From Candidatus Peregrinibacteria bacterium (lineage in GTDB: Bacteria > Patescibacteriota > Gracilibacteria > UBA1369 > LOWO2-01-FULL-3): 40,829 bases of DNA. Shown here in pieces: positions 8,140-16,475 of the stretch. Location: positions 1 to 40,829 of the forward strand of contig JACRIB010000042.1 in assembly GCA_016235895.1 (NCBI GenBank). The letters are read 5' to 3'. The notes under the pieces are model-generated. The model saw only the letters and a list, made by a program, of their open reading frames with translations, searched no databases and had not been told where the DNA came from. Made by a program: the position numbers and the translations under genes. The stretch's first letter is position 1; each line of letters begins with the position of its first letter.

Positions 8140-10857
8140 GTGAGCATGTTAAAGCGAATATTCCCACACCAGGATTTAAACGGCTGGAAAAAGATCGGCT
8201 TTTGGGCCGCGAGCATTGTTGTCGGCCTCGTTTGTCTTAGCGTTATAGTCTTCGCCGGAGCCATTGGCATTCTATCCATCGGCCTGCCGGATGTAACCAA
8301 GCTGGAGAATCTGGCGGCCGCTCAATCCACACAAATTTTCGACAGCAAGGGTACCCTGCTTTACACCATTCATGGAGAAGAAAATCGCGAATTCGCGCCA
8401 TTGGACAAAATTTCTCCTTTTGTGGTTGACGGGACCGTAGCGATTGAAGATGATAATTTTTGGGAACATGGCGGCTTCGATATTTGGGCCATTGCCAAAG
8501 CTTCGTTGCATGAACTTTTTGGCATCGGCGGAGCGCGTGGCGGCTCCACCATTACTCAGCAATACATTAAAAATACTTTTCTTTCTTCCGAACGTTCCTA
8601 TCTTCGCAAGGCCAAGGAGTTGATTTTGGCCGTGCGCTTGGAAAAAACTTACGACAAGAAAAAGATTCTCGAACTTTATTTGAACCGCATCCCCTACGGC
8701 AATAACGCTTACGGCATCCAAAAAGCCGCGGAAATATATTTCAAAAAAGATGCCAAAAATCTGACTCTCGGTGAAAGCGCGGTGCTTGCCGCTCTCCCCC
8801 AGGCACCAACACGTTATAATCCCTATGGTGACAATAAATATTCCCATCTGCTCAAAAAATTCACCAAAGACGAGCTCTATTATCGCAACATCAAGGGCGA
8901 AGCTGATTTACAAACCGAAGAATATACCCGCGGACTGATCGGCGCTTTCGTGGATCTCAGCAACGGCAAAAAAATCTATATTCCGGGACGCAGCGACCTC
9001 GTCCTGAAGCGCATGAATGAGCTTGGCAAAATTGATGGCACTCAAAGAAAACAAGCTTTAAACGAAATTCAAGGTCTCAAATTCAATCAATACAAAGAAT
9101 TTATTAAACACGCCCACTTCGTGCTCTACATCAAAGGCCTATTGGAACAAAAATACGGCAAGGACGTGGTGGAGCAAGGCGGACTGAAGGTTTACACCAC
9201 GCTCGATGGCGATCTTCAAGATTATGCCGAAAAAGTGGTTGCTGAAAAAGGCGAATATGACGTCGGAGCTTACGGCACCAATAATGCCGCGCTCCTCACC
9301 ATCAATGCCAAAACCGGCGATATTCTCGCCATGATAGGCTCACGCGATTATTACAACACCGACATCGACGGCAATGTGAATGTTGTTTTGAATCCGCGCC
9401 AGCCCGGTTCTTCCTTCAAGCCAATTGTCTATTCACAGCTTTTTTACAACGGCTACGGCCCGGGCTCGGTCATCGAGGACGTGCCGACCAAAATCGGCGC
9501 CAGCGACACTCCTTACGACTTCGACGGCAAATGGCTGGGCCAAATTCCTATTCGCACGGCGCTCGGCCAATCCCGCAATATTCCCGCGATCAAAGCCTAT
9601 TTTCTTGATGGACAACAGGACCCCATCATTGATCTTGCCACAAAAATGGGCATCACCAGTCTGGACAAAAAACGCAGTTACGGCTATCCGCTGGGAATCG
9701 GCGCGGCGGAAATTCCACTGATTGAGATGGTTACCGCTTACGGCGTATTCGCCACCGGCGGCAAGCGCCCGGAATTAAATCCGATTTTAAAAATAGAAAA
9801 TTCCAACGGCGATATTTTGGAACAAAAACAGCCAAAAGATTTTGATCAAGTAATGGACCCGCAAATAGCCTATCTGATAAACAGTATTCTTTCGGATCAG
9901 TCCGTGTCTGTCGGCTCAAAACTATTTATTAGCGGCAAAGTCAACGCCGCCAAAACCGGAACCAGTACCAAGGAAAACAAAAAGGACGCCAATGCCAAAG
10001 GTAGCGGAGGCGTGCGTCCAATGGACGGCTGGACCATCGGCTATACTCCCACCATCGTCACCGGCGTCTGGATTGGCAACACGGACGGCAGCGGACTCGG
10101 CTACACCGCGGATGGCTACAACACGGCCGCACCGATTTTCAATGACGTCATGACTAAAGCCCTGGAAAAAATGCCTTCCGAGCCTTTTATTGAACCGGAC
10201 GGCATTAAACACGTCGCCATTAGCAAAGCCTCCGGCAAACTACCCGGTCCAAACACTCCGCCAACAATGGTTACCACGGAAGTTTTCACCGGCGCCGGCG
10301 TTCCAACCGAAATTGAAAATCTCTTTTACAAAGTTAAACTCGACAAAATTTCCGGCTTGCTGGCCACCGAATTCACGCCTCCGGAAGCGGTACAAGAAGT
10401 AACTTTTCAAAACTATCAGCCAATCGCCCCTCTCTTCAATTGGAAACAGGAACTGCTGGAATTTTACCAAAACAAAGAAAAGGAGGCCTCCACTGGTAAT
10501 GAAATAGTCCGCCCGGGAATTCCGCCGATTGAATACGACAAAATTCACACCGCCGAAACCGCTAAAAAAGCTCCTCTAATCAACATCCTTAGCCCTATAG
10601 CTGAAACTTCGATTCCAACGGGCAATTTAACCGTTGAGGTTCAAGTGCAAAGTGGCAATGGCATCGAAAAAGTGGAATATTACATAGACAACGACCGTAA
10701 ATTCTTCACCGGCGCCAGTCCTTTCACCGGCCATATCTCCATTTCTAAATTCCTCAAACCGGGCACGGCTCACCTGATTGTAGCAAAAGTTATCGATAAA
10801 CTCGGCTACAGTACCCAATCCGCGATTCAGGTAAAGATTGCCGAGAAGCCGGACTAA
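8140..10857 (+). CDS. Class A penicillin-binding protein (glycosyltransferase + transpeptidase)
   Basis: N-terminal TM segment. GT51 motifs (AIEDDNFWEHGGFD, GGSTITQQ, RKAKE). Transpeptidase motifs SSFKP (SxxK) and KTGTS. GTG start at 8140, with an alternative ATG at 8146. Confidence 0.92.
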   Translation: MSMLKRIFPHQDLNGWKKIGFWAASIVVGLVCLSVIVFAGAIGILSIGLPDVTKLENLAAAQSTQIFDSKGTLLYTIHGEENREFAPLDKISPFVVDGTVAIEDDNFWEHGGFDIWAIAKASLHELFGIGGARGGSTITQQYIKNTFLSSERSYLRKAKELILAVRLEKTYDKKKILELYLNRIPYGNNAYGIQKAAEIYFKKDAKNLTLGESAVLAALPQAPTRYNPYGDNKYSHLLKKFTKDELYYRNIKGEADLQTEEYTRGLIGAFVDLSNGKKIYIPGRSDLVLKRMNELGKIDGTQRKQALNEIQGLKFNQYKEFIKHAHFVLYIKGLLEQKYGKDVVEQGGLKVYTTLDGDLQDYAEKVVAEKGEYDVGAYGTNNAALLTINAKTGDILAMIGSRDYYNTDIDGNVNVVLNPRQPGSSFKPIVYSQLFYNGYGPGSVIEDVPTKIGASDTPYDFDGKWLGQIPIRTALGQSRNIPAIKAYFLDGQQDPIIDLATKMGITSLDKKRSYGYPLGIGAAEIPLIEMVTAYGVFATGGKRPELNPILKIENSNGDILEQKQPKDFDQVMDPQIAYLINSILSDQSVSVGSKLFISGKVNAAKTGTSTKENKKDANAKGSGGVRPMDGWTIGYTPTIVTGVWIGNTDGSGLGYTADGYNTAAPIFNDVMTKALEKMPSEPFIEPDGIKHVAISKASGKLPGPNTPPTMVTTEVFTGAGVPTEIENLFYKVKLDKISGLLATEFTPPEAVQEVTFQNYQPIAPLFNWKQELLEFYQNKEKEASTGNEIVRPGIPPIEYDKIHTAETAKKAPLINILSPIAETSIPTGNLTVEVQVQSGNGIEKVEYYIDNDRKFFTGASPFTGHISISKFLKPGTAHLIVAKVIDKLGYSTQSAIQVKIAEKPD

Positions 10858-12053
10858 ATCGGTTCACAGTACCGCAAGTCACCATCCAAAAAAACCAGAC
10901 AAGAATCATAGTCTATACCATAAGAAAAAAAGTGTACCTCGCCATTTCGGTCAATACAGGCATGCAGGGGGGGCTGACTCGCATCTTCATCAACATATCT
11001 AACCTTAGCGTTATCCTCCGGTTTTCTTTCTAAAAAGATGCGCCCGCCGTTCCGATTGTTTATACAGGTAACAGATGTTTGATCTCCCAATAAAGCCCTT
11101 ACTCTTGCAAGTCTTTCGTTATTTTCCATGCTGATCGGCAAAAAATTTTCTACAATTTCAGATACGGAAACATCTACAACCCCCTCTCCAGATCTTTCCG
11201 TAAAAAGGGAAAATTTACCGTCATGACCCCCCAAAATGATTCCATTTTGCACCACCTCCATCATCGCTCCCAATCTGTCAAATACGATTTCGTACTGCTT
11301 GCCGTGTTTATCACAAAACGAAACAATGTAGAGTCCCTGGGTAAAATTTATAGACATCGGCCCAACACCATGCTCTTGGAGGCCTACGCCAAATCTTATA
11401 CTCGCTTCGCCTAAAAATGATTTGAGCAGTCCGCGTATTCTTTTCGGACCTTCATCCGGAAAGCCAAGCCCCGTATCACGAAAAACCATTTCAAGACCAT
11501 TGAATAAAGATATGCCTCCTTTGGATAACGCATAGTCAATAGCTCCTTGAACCGATGCCCGATAACCGGTAATATTGTCTTCTACGCGTCCTCGCACGGA
11601 AGGGAATGATTGTTTTTTTGTTGTCCCCTTTTCCAACGAATCGCCGGATAATTCTCTATATAATTCGATTAGCCTGGGAATGTCCGCGCGCGCTGAAAAT
11701 GCAACATCCTCAACGCCGTGCTGTTTTGCAATCGATACCGCCGCAGCAACCAGTGCGCGAGAGATTCTCGAGCGATTTTCTATTGCAGGATTTACATGAA
11801 AATCACTGAGATGAAAATCGCTTGATCCGGGCGGAACAATAAACCCTAACATTCCCCGCAATTCGGAATTTACTAAGGCATATATATGTCCTTGATCCCG
11901 CATAATATCCTCATAAAGGGGGGTCAAAGGATCCCCCGGCGACATAGCTGTCATGGCTTCCGTAAAAAGACCTCGCGCCATACTGCCATGAACGGAGTCG
12001 TCATAAACGGTAACAGGACAACGAAGGCTATCGCAACCGACAATTTCTCCCAT
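10854..12053 (-). CDS. Hypothetical 399-aa protein; N-terminal half weakly GNAT (acetyltransferase)-like
   Basis: Clean ORF whose stop overlaps the PBP stop (CTAA at 10854-10857). The segment FHLSDFHVNPAIENRSRISRALVAAAVSIAKQHGVEDVAF..LIELYRELSG resembles the GNAT beta4-alpha3 core, but the acetyl-CoA loop is degenerate. The C-terminal ~230 aa is unassigned. Confidence 0.6.
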   Translation of the reverse strand: MGEIVGCDSLRCPVTVYDDSVHGSMARGLFTEAMTAMSPGDPLTPLYEDIMRDQGHIYALVNSELRGMLGFIVPPGSSDFHLSDFHVNPAIENRSRISRALVAAAVSIAKQHGVEDVAFSARADIPRLIELYRELSGDSLEKGTTKKQSFPSVRGRVEDNITGYRASVQGAIDYALSKGGISLFNGLEMVFRDTGLGFPDEGPKRIRGLLKSFLGEASIRFGVGLQEHGVGPMSINFTQGLYIVSFCDKHGKQYEIVFDRLGAMMEVVQNGIILGGHDGKFSLFTERSGEGVVDVSVSEIVENFLPISMENNERLARVRALLGDQTSVTCINNRNGGRIFLERKPEDNAKVRYVDEDASQPPLHACIDRNGEVHFFSYGIDYDSCLVFLDGDLRYCEPI

Positions 12054-12170
12054 AAAATATAAAACAACATATCAAACCGCCGGTACTATATCTCTAAAAA
12101 ATACCTTAATCAAGCCATTGCCGGACTCTTATTTTTATGTTATAATAACACGAAGCTCAAAACACGAATT

Positions 12171-13184
12171 ATGCTTTATCCAAAAGAAAAACTCGAACAA
12201 CTGACCCATCGTTGGACTACCGCCAAGGGCAAGAGGCTACTTGTCGCCATCAAGAAAAGTCATTGTTATTTAAGCGCTACGGCCTTTCGTGAAAAAATCA
12301 AGGGCCTCTCTTTCATCGACGATGAAGAAGTTCGCGGCGCTGTGGATTTGCGCGGTGCGCCGCTCGCCGGCTTCGATTTTCGTGTTTCTATCCAAGAGGG
12401 CGATGACGGTTTTATCGAGGAAATGGCCGTGCTTTCAGACGTGCATTTTGAAGGCGCGAATTTAAAACATTGTAATTTTATCGACGGCAAAATTCTGAAT
12501 TGCAATTTTGAGAATGCCAATCTTTCTCACGCCGATTTTCATAATTCCAGCATCACGGACTGCAGCTTTGAAGAAGCGGAAATGGTCAGCGTTAACTTCA
12601 ATGCCGCCAAAATTTTCAATTGTGTTCTAAGCAATGCCGGCATTCGTGACGTGGTTCTGGCTTCAACAATCGTCGACGAGCGCACCCATTTCGGCAAAAA
12701 GCTAAAATCTGAAACCGAGGGGAATTTCCACGCCGCTTCCATCGAATACAAACAAATCAAAGAAATGTACAAAAATTCCAGCCTCCACAATCACGCCGAT
12801 TTTTACCATTACAAAGAAATGGTGGCCAAAAGAAAAACCAAAAAACTTTCCAGCCCTAATCGCTGGCTGAACTATTTCTTTGGAGATTTGATCTGCAAAT
12901 ACGGCATATCCTACGTTAGAGTCTTTTTCTGGTCCCTGGTGGTTATTCTCCTTTTTGCCGGCCTCCTTGTCGCTCAAAACGGCCTGGCCCAAAACGGCAT
13001 ACCTATAAAAGCCTCCCTGCCAGACGCCATTTATTTCAGCCTGGTGACCTTCACCACCCTCGGCTACGGCGACTTCCACGCCATCGGCAACATGCGCTTC
13101 TTGGCTGGCGCGGAATCGTTTATTGGAGTAATTTTGATGTCGCTGTTCACGGTAATCGTGGCACGCAAAATTATCAGAGATTAA
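12171..13184 (+). CDS. Pentapeptide-repeat domain fused to a 2-TM potassium-channel pore
   Basis: Consecutive A(D/N)LxX-type pentapeptides run over aa ~95-160 (ANLKHCNFIDGKILNCNFENANLSHADFHNSSITDCSFEEAEM..). These are followed by TM1, the pore helix plus selectivity filter TTLGYGD (nt 13053-13073), and TM2. Confidence 0.85.
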   Translation: MLYPKEKLEQLTHRWTTAKGKRLLVAIKKSHCYLSATAFREKIKGLSFIDDEEVRGAVDLRGAPLAGFDFRVSIQEGDDGFIEEMAVLSDVHFEGANLKHCNFIDGKILNCNFENANLSHADFHNSSITDCSFEEAEMVSVNFNAAKIFNCVLSNAGIRDVVLASTIVDERTHFGKKLKSETEGNFHAASIEYKQIKEMYKNSSLHNHADFYHYKEMVAKRKTKKLSSPNRWLNYFFGDLICKYGISYVRVFFWSLVVILLFAGLLVAQNGLAQNGIPIKASLPDAIYFSLVTFTTLGYGDFHAIGNMRFLAGAESFIGVILMSLFTVIVARKIIRD

Positions 13185-13750
13185 TGAACAAAAAAATTCG
13201 GAAAATTCTACGCGACTTGGAGAAAACTCGAAATATTTATTGGAATATCTCTCGTGCGACGGGACAATTTCTAAATTTGCTAGTAAAAGAGCTGGCCCTT
13301 CAAAGCCGCCACAGCCTAAAAATTCTGGAAATAGGCGCCTCAAACGGCTATTCGGGAATTTGGCTTGCCGAAGCGCTAAAAGCAAACAAAGGCCATCTCT
13401 ACACCATGGAATCCCACGCCAAAAAACGTTTCCATCTCGCTCGCGAAAATTTCACAAAATCCGGCCTGCGAAAGTATATCACCCAAATTCTCGGCCATGC
13501 TCCGGAAGATTTGCCGATCACCCCAAAATTTTTCGACCTGATTTTCTTGGATTGCACAAAAGAGGAATATTTGTCCTGTTTTGAAGCGCTAAAAAACCGC
13601 ATCCATAAAGGCAGCCTCCTCCTCGCGGACAATCTTTATTCACATCCCGAAGCCCTCGCCGACTTCGTAGCCGCTATAAAATCCGCGTCCGGCTGGCAAG
13701 TCTTCGAATTGAATTTAGGAACAGGGGTGTTGGTTGGAATCAAAAACTAA
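13184..13750 (+). CDS. Class I SAM-dependent O-methyltransferase (family 3, YrrM / caffeoyl-CoA OMT-like)
   Basis: Motifs ILEIGASNGYSGIWLAEAL, TMESHAKKRFHLARENF, FDLIFLDCTKEEY and GSLLLADN. The ATG overlaps the TAA of the upstream channel gene by 1 nt (TAATG). Confidence 0.8.
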   Translation: MNKKIRKILRDLEKTRNIYWNISRATGQFLNLLVKELALQSRHSLKILEIGASNGYSGIWLAEALKANKGHLYTMESHAKKRFHLARENFTKSGLRKYITQILGHAPEDLPITPKFFDLIFLDCTKEEYLSCFEALKNRIHKGSLLLADNLYSHPEALADFVAAIKSASGWQVFELNLGTGVLVGIKN

Positions 13751-13871
13751 CCAAGTTTTGGCGCCACAATATCTCCCTGGACCAACGTAGAATTTGCTAT
13801 CCTTTTACCATGCATTTCTACGCGGTATTCAAGACATCAAGCTCTTCATGACTTGTCAAAATTTACAGATC

Positions 13872-13891
13872 AAAAAGCCCCGCCGGCGGGG
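13872..13891 (-). terminator. Rho-independent terminator downstream of rdgB
   Basis: The minus-strand RNA reads CCCCGCCGGCGGGG (GC-only palindrome; 5-bp stem with a CCGG loop) followed by CUUUUU. It lies about 80 nt after the rdgB stop. Confidence 0.5.
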
Positions 13892-13969
13892 AATTATGAC
13901 ACAAACAAAACATTTACCAAATTTTAAATTTTGCTGGCCGCCAAAACCGTTCAATGTCAATTTTAGGCC

Positions 13970-14656
13970 CTAGCCCATGCCTGCCAAAAACTTCCATACC
14001 CCATTCATCGCCTTCCCTCTGTGGCTGATTTTATTTTTCTCTTCAGTCGACAAAGCCGCGTACACCCGATCGAAACCCTCGGGCCTAAAACACGAACTTA
14101 ATGGAATCCCTTCCTTAATTGGCGCCTCCAGCCCTGAAGTAATCACCCCTTTCGTTTCGCCAAAAAAATGTTCCACAAAAAATCGCCCACTCGCATCCAC
14201 CCCCGCCACACAGGCATGACAAACAAATTTCGCCCCACGTTTCTCCTCCGGCACGTCCTCCATTCTTTTCAAAAAATATTCAATCCACTCTTGATCCGAA
14301 GCCTGCTCACCGGCACCCCAACGCCGCGTCTGTACGCCCAATTCACCGTCCAAAGCATCGACCATAATCCCCGAATCTTCCCCCAGGGCAAAAAAATCCT
14401 CAGGCCCAACACCATTTCCAAAAAAAACTCCCTTAAATTTTTCATAATAATATCGCGCTTTTTTCTCCGCGTTCTCCTGAAAACTCAACCCATCCTCGAC
14501 AAAATCACCATCATCCACCCGAAATTCCTTCAAAAAATGCAGCTCAAAAAAACGGCTTTCGGAGGCCACCATCCCCTCATCGCCCACATTCAAAAGCGCT
14601 TCACCGATCTCCCTAAACTTTCCCGGATTTTTCGTCGCCACTAAGAGTTCGCGCAT
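13970..14656 (-). CDS. rdgB: dITP/XTP pyrophosphatase (RdgB/HAM1 family), with insertions
   Basis: Motifs LLVATKNPGKFREI and the C-terminal ..ALSTEEKNKISHRGKA are family signatures. The ORF track starts at a TTG (14677). The ATG at 14656 (MRELLVATKNPGK) fits family N-termini better. Either start overlaps the end of the upstream sigma gene. Confidence 0.8.
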   Translation of the reverse strand: MRELLVATKNPGKFREIGEALLNVGDEGMVASESRFFELHFLKEFRVDDGDFVEDGLSFQENAEKKARYYYEKFKGVFFGNGVGPEDFFALGEDSGIMVDALDGELGVQTRRWGAGEQASDQEWIEYFLKRMEDVPEEKRGAKFVCHACVAGVDASGRFFVEHFFGETKGVITSGLEAPIKEGIPLSSCFRPEGFDRVYAALSTEEKNKISHRGKAMNGVWKFLAGMG

Positions 14657-15878
14657 ATTCTTTAATTCGCCAGTCAAGGGATTTCTTCACAAACTTATAT
14701 TCCAGCATCCACTGTGGCGCGTCAACATTAACCTGCACTTTTCCGTCATCCAAACGGGTAATCAACAACTTGCTAACCTCAAAATGTCCGCAAATTTTAT
14801 CGCTAACGCCTTGGTTCACATTGCGCTTCTCTCCATCGCTAAAATCACCTTTAAAAGCCACCTCAATCTTGCAAGCCGTAGGATAACCGCGCAAAACCGG
14901 TCCGCCAACAAAGAAAATTTTCACCACAAAAAACGTTACCAACCCGAGAAAAATCAACGTCGGCACCACGGTAAACATCCATCGCCAGCGTTCCACAAAA
15001 TCAAACATATGTTCCTCGCGCTGAAACTTAAGGTGATCTCGCGCCTTCTGCGCCTCCTCTTCCTCACGCATTTCCTTCACCGCCTCCACAAAAATTTTAG
15101 CCGGATCGCTGGAACCCTTAAATTCTCTATCCATCACCATAACCGGCGGCTCCTTGGGCCCGGTATCGACTTCCTCCTCCACCAACTCGGATTCCACGGC
15201 AAACTCTTTTCTGTCTATTCTGGCCGACAAATCCGCCCTTAAACTCAAACGAAAAACTTCCGGAATCTCAATTTTTTCCAATTCTCTCACTTGTGACAAA
15301 AGTCCGGTCAATTCACCAAAATACACGCCCTGCCTCTCATCGCTTTCGCCAAACAACAGAAAATGCGCCCGCTTCAAAACTCTGTAAATTTTTGATCCGA
15401 TTGCCCCCTCGGAAACAGCAAGAATCGTCATCACGTCCCCGTCCGAAACTTCTTCAAAAAATTTCAATCTGAAAATCTCCCTCTCCTCAAGGGAAAGCTT
15501 TTTCATCATTTTTTCCACTTTTACCAAAATGTCCCCATTTTCGGAACCGGCGACTCCTGCCCCATCATCCACCGCGTCAATCAAGCCCTGTCTCTCCGGA
15601 AAGCTGCTACGATTGATTTCCTCCCACACGCGCGGCCTAGCCAGGCTATACAGCCATACGACATAAGCCGTATCTGTCGGCGTGACCTGCGCCTGCCCCA
15701 TGGCATCTAAAAAGGTTAACCTGACGATTCTTTCCGCTATCTCTCCAGCACCCCCGCCCACGCGGCGTACCACATATCTGTACAGATCTGCAAAAACGGC
15801 ATCAAAAAGCAGCAAAAATTGTTTGATATTGCCTTCTTTGATCTGATCTATCCACTGCTTCTCGACATATAAGTCCAT
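14613..15878 (-). CDS. ECF-type sigma-70 family protein fused to a TM segment and a ~95-aa extracytoplasmic C-terminal domain
   Basis: Region 2-like FDAVFADLYRYVVRRVG / VVWLYSLARPRVWE. Region 4 is LSLEEREIFRLKFFEEVSDGDVMTILAVSEGAIGSKIYRVLKR. These are followed by an acidic linker, a TM helix (WMFTVVPTLIFLGLVTFFVVKIFFV) and a C-terminal domain. Confidence 0.7.
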   Translation of the reverse strand: MDLYVEKQWIDQIKEGNIKQFLLLFDAVFADLYRYVVRRVGGGAGEIAERIVRLTFLDAMGQAQVTPTDTAYVVWLYSLARPRVWEEINRSSFPERQGLIDAVDDGAGVAGSENGDILVKVEKMMKKLSLEEREIFRLKFFEEVSDGDVMTILAVSEGAIGSKIYRVLKRAHFLLFGESDERQGVYFGELTGLLSQVRELEKIEIPEVFRLSLRADLSARIDRKEFAVESELVEEEVDTGPKEPPVMVMDREFKGSSDPAKIFVEAVKEMREEEEAQKARDHLKFQREEHMFDFVERWRWMFTVVPTLIFLGLVTFFVVKIFFVGGPVLRGYPTACKIEVAFKGDFSDGEKRNVNQGVSDKICGHFEVSKLLITRLDDGKVQVNVDAPQWMLEYKFVKKSLDWRIKEYARTLSGDEKSGKV

Positions 15879-15971
15879 TTGCTGAAAACTGTTAAAAAGG
15901 GGTTATTTATGCCACACAAAGGCCACTTTAGTCAATAGGCTAACCTGAAAAGACCCAGATCAAAACCTTTC

Positions 15972-16399
15972 TGGTGGAGATGCCGGGAGTCGAACCCGGG
16001 TCCAGAGATGAGGAGAACTTGCGTCTACAACCTTGTTTCGTTTTGAATTTTCGTCGTGGGAAATAAAAGACGAACAAAAAACTTCCCGCGCTTAGCCTCT
16101 AAATTTTCGTCCTTTTGGCCGAAGCGGAACCAAAAAGCTTAACCTGCTTAATTACGCCCACGAATCTTAGCAGATATCGGAATCATGAACGTGGTCCGAT
16201 AAAGATCGGGCCTCGACCGTGCTACGCGGCAAAAGCGAAAGCTGGGCGAACCATACCTTCTCTGTTTGCGATTGCAGCAGCAATCTTATCAACAAAAGAT
16301 GTTGCACTTATTTTGCGCCGACGGATCTGGGGGGAGGCGGCGCAATCCCCCGATTGCGACAAATAAACCGAACATTCTGTCGAATACCAATACATCCCC
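15972..16399 (-). ncRNA. ssrA: tmRNA (SsrA), about 428 nt
   Basis: The minus strand starts GGGGAUGUAUUGGUAUUCGACAG. It ends CUGGACCCGGGUUCGACUCCCGGCAUCUCCACCA. The acceptor stem GGGGAUG/CAUCUCC includes the G3:U alanine identity pair. The internal tag frame is ..GCA AAC AGA GAA GGU AUG GUU CGC CCA GCU UUC GCU UUU GCC GCG UAG, giving (A)NREGMVRPAFAFAA (nt 16225-16269, stop at 16222-16224). Confidence 0.9.
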
Positions 16400-16475
16400 A
16401 CGTTGTCAAAAGAGCGCGTGCTCATGCACCTACCCGGCTAGCGCTCAAGCATCGAAACGGCCAAGACAGTCTATT

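Noticed and set aside
14613-16399. A genomic island integrated at the tmRNA 3' end, which is a classic integration hotspot.
   Set aside because: The genes 3' of ssrA are a sigma factor and rdgB. I saw no integrase or recombinase and no second copy of the tmRNA 3'-terminal sequence in the window.
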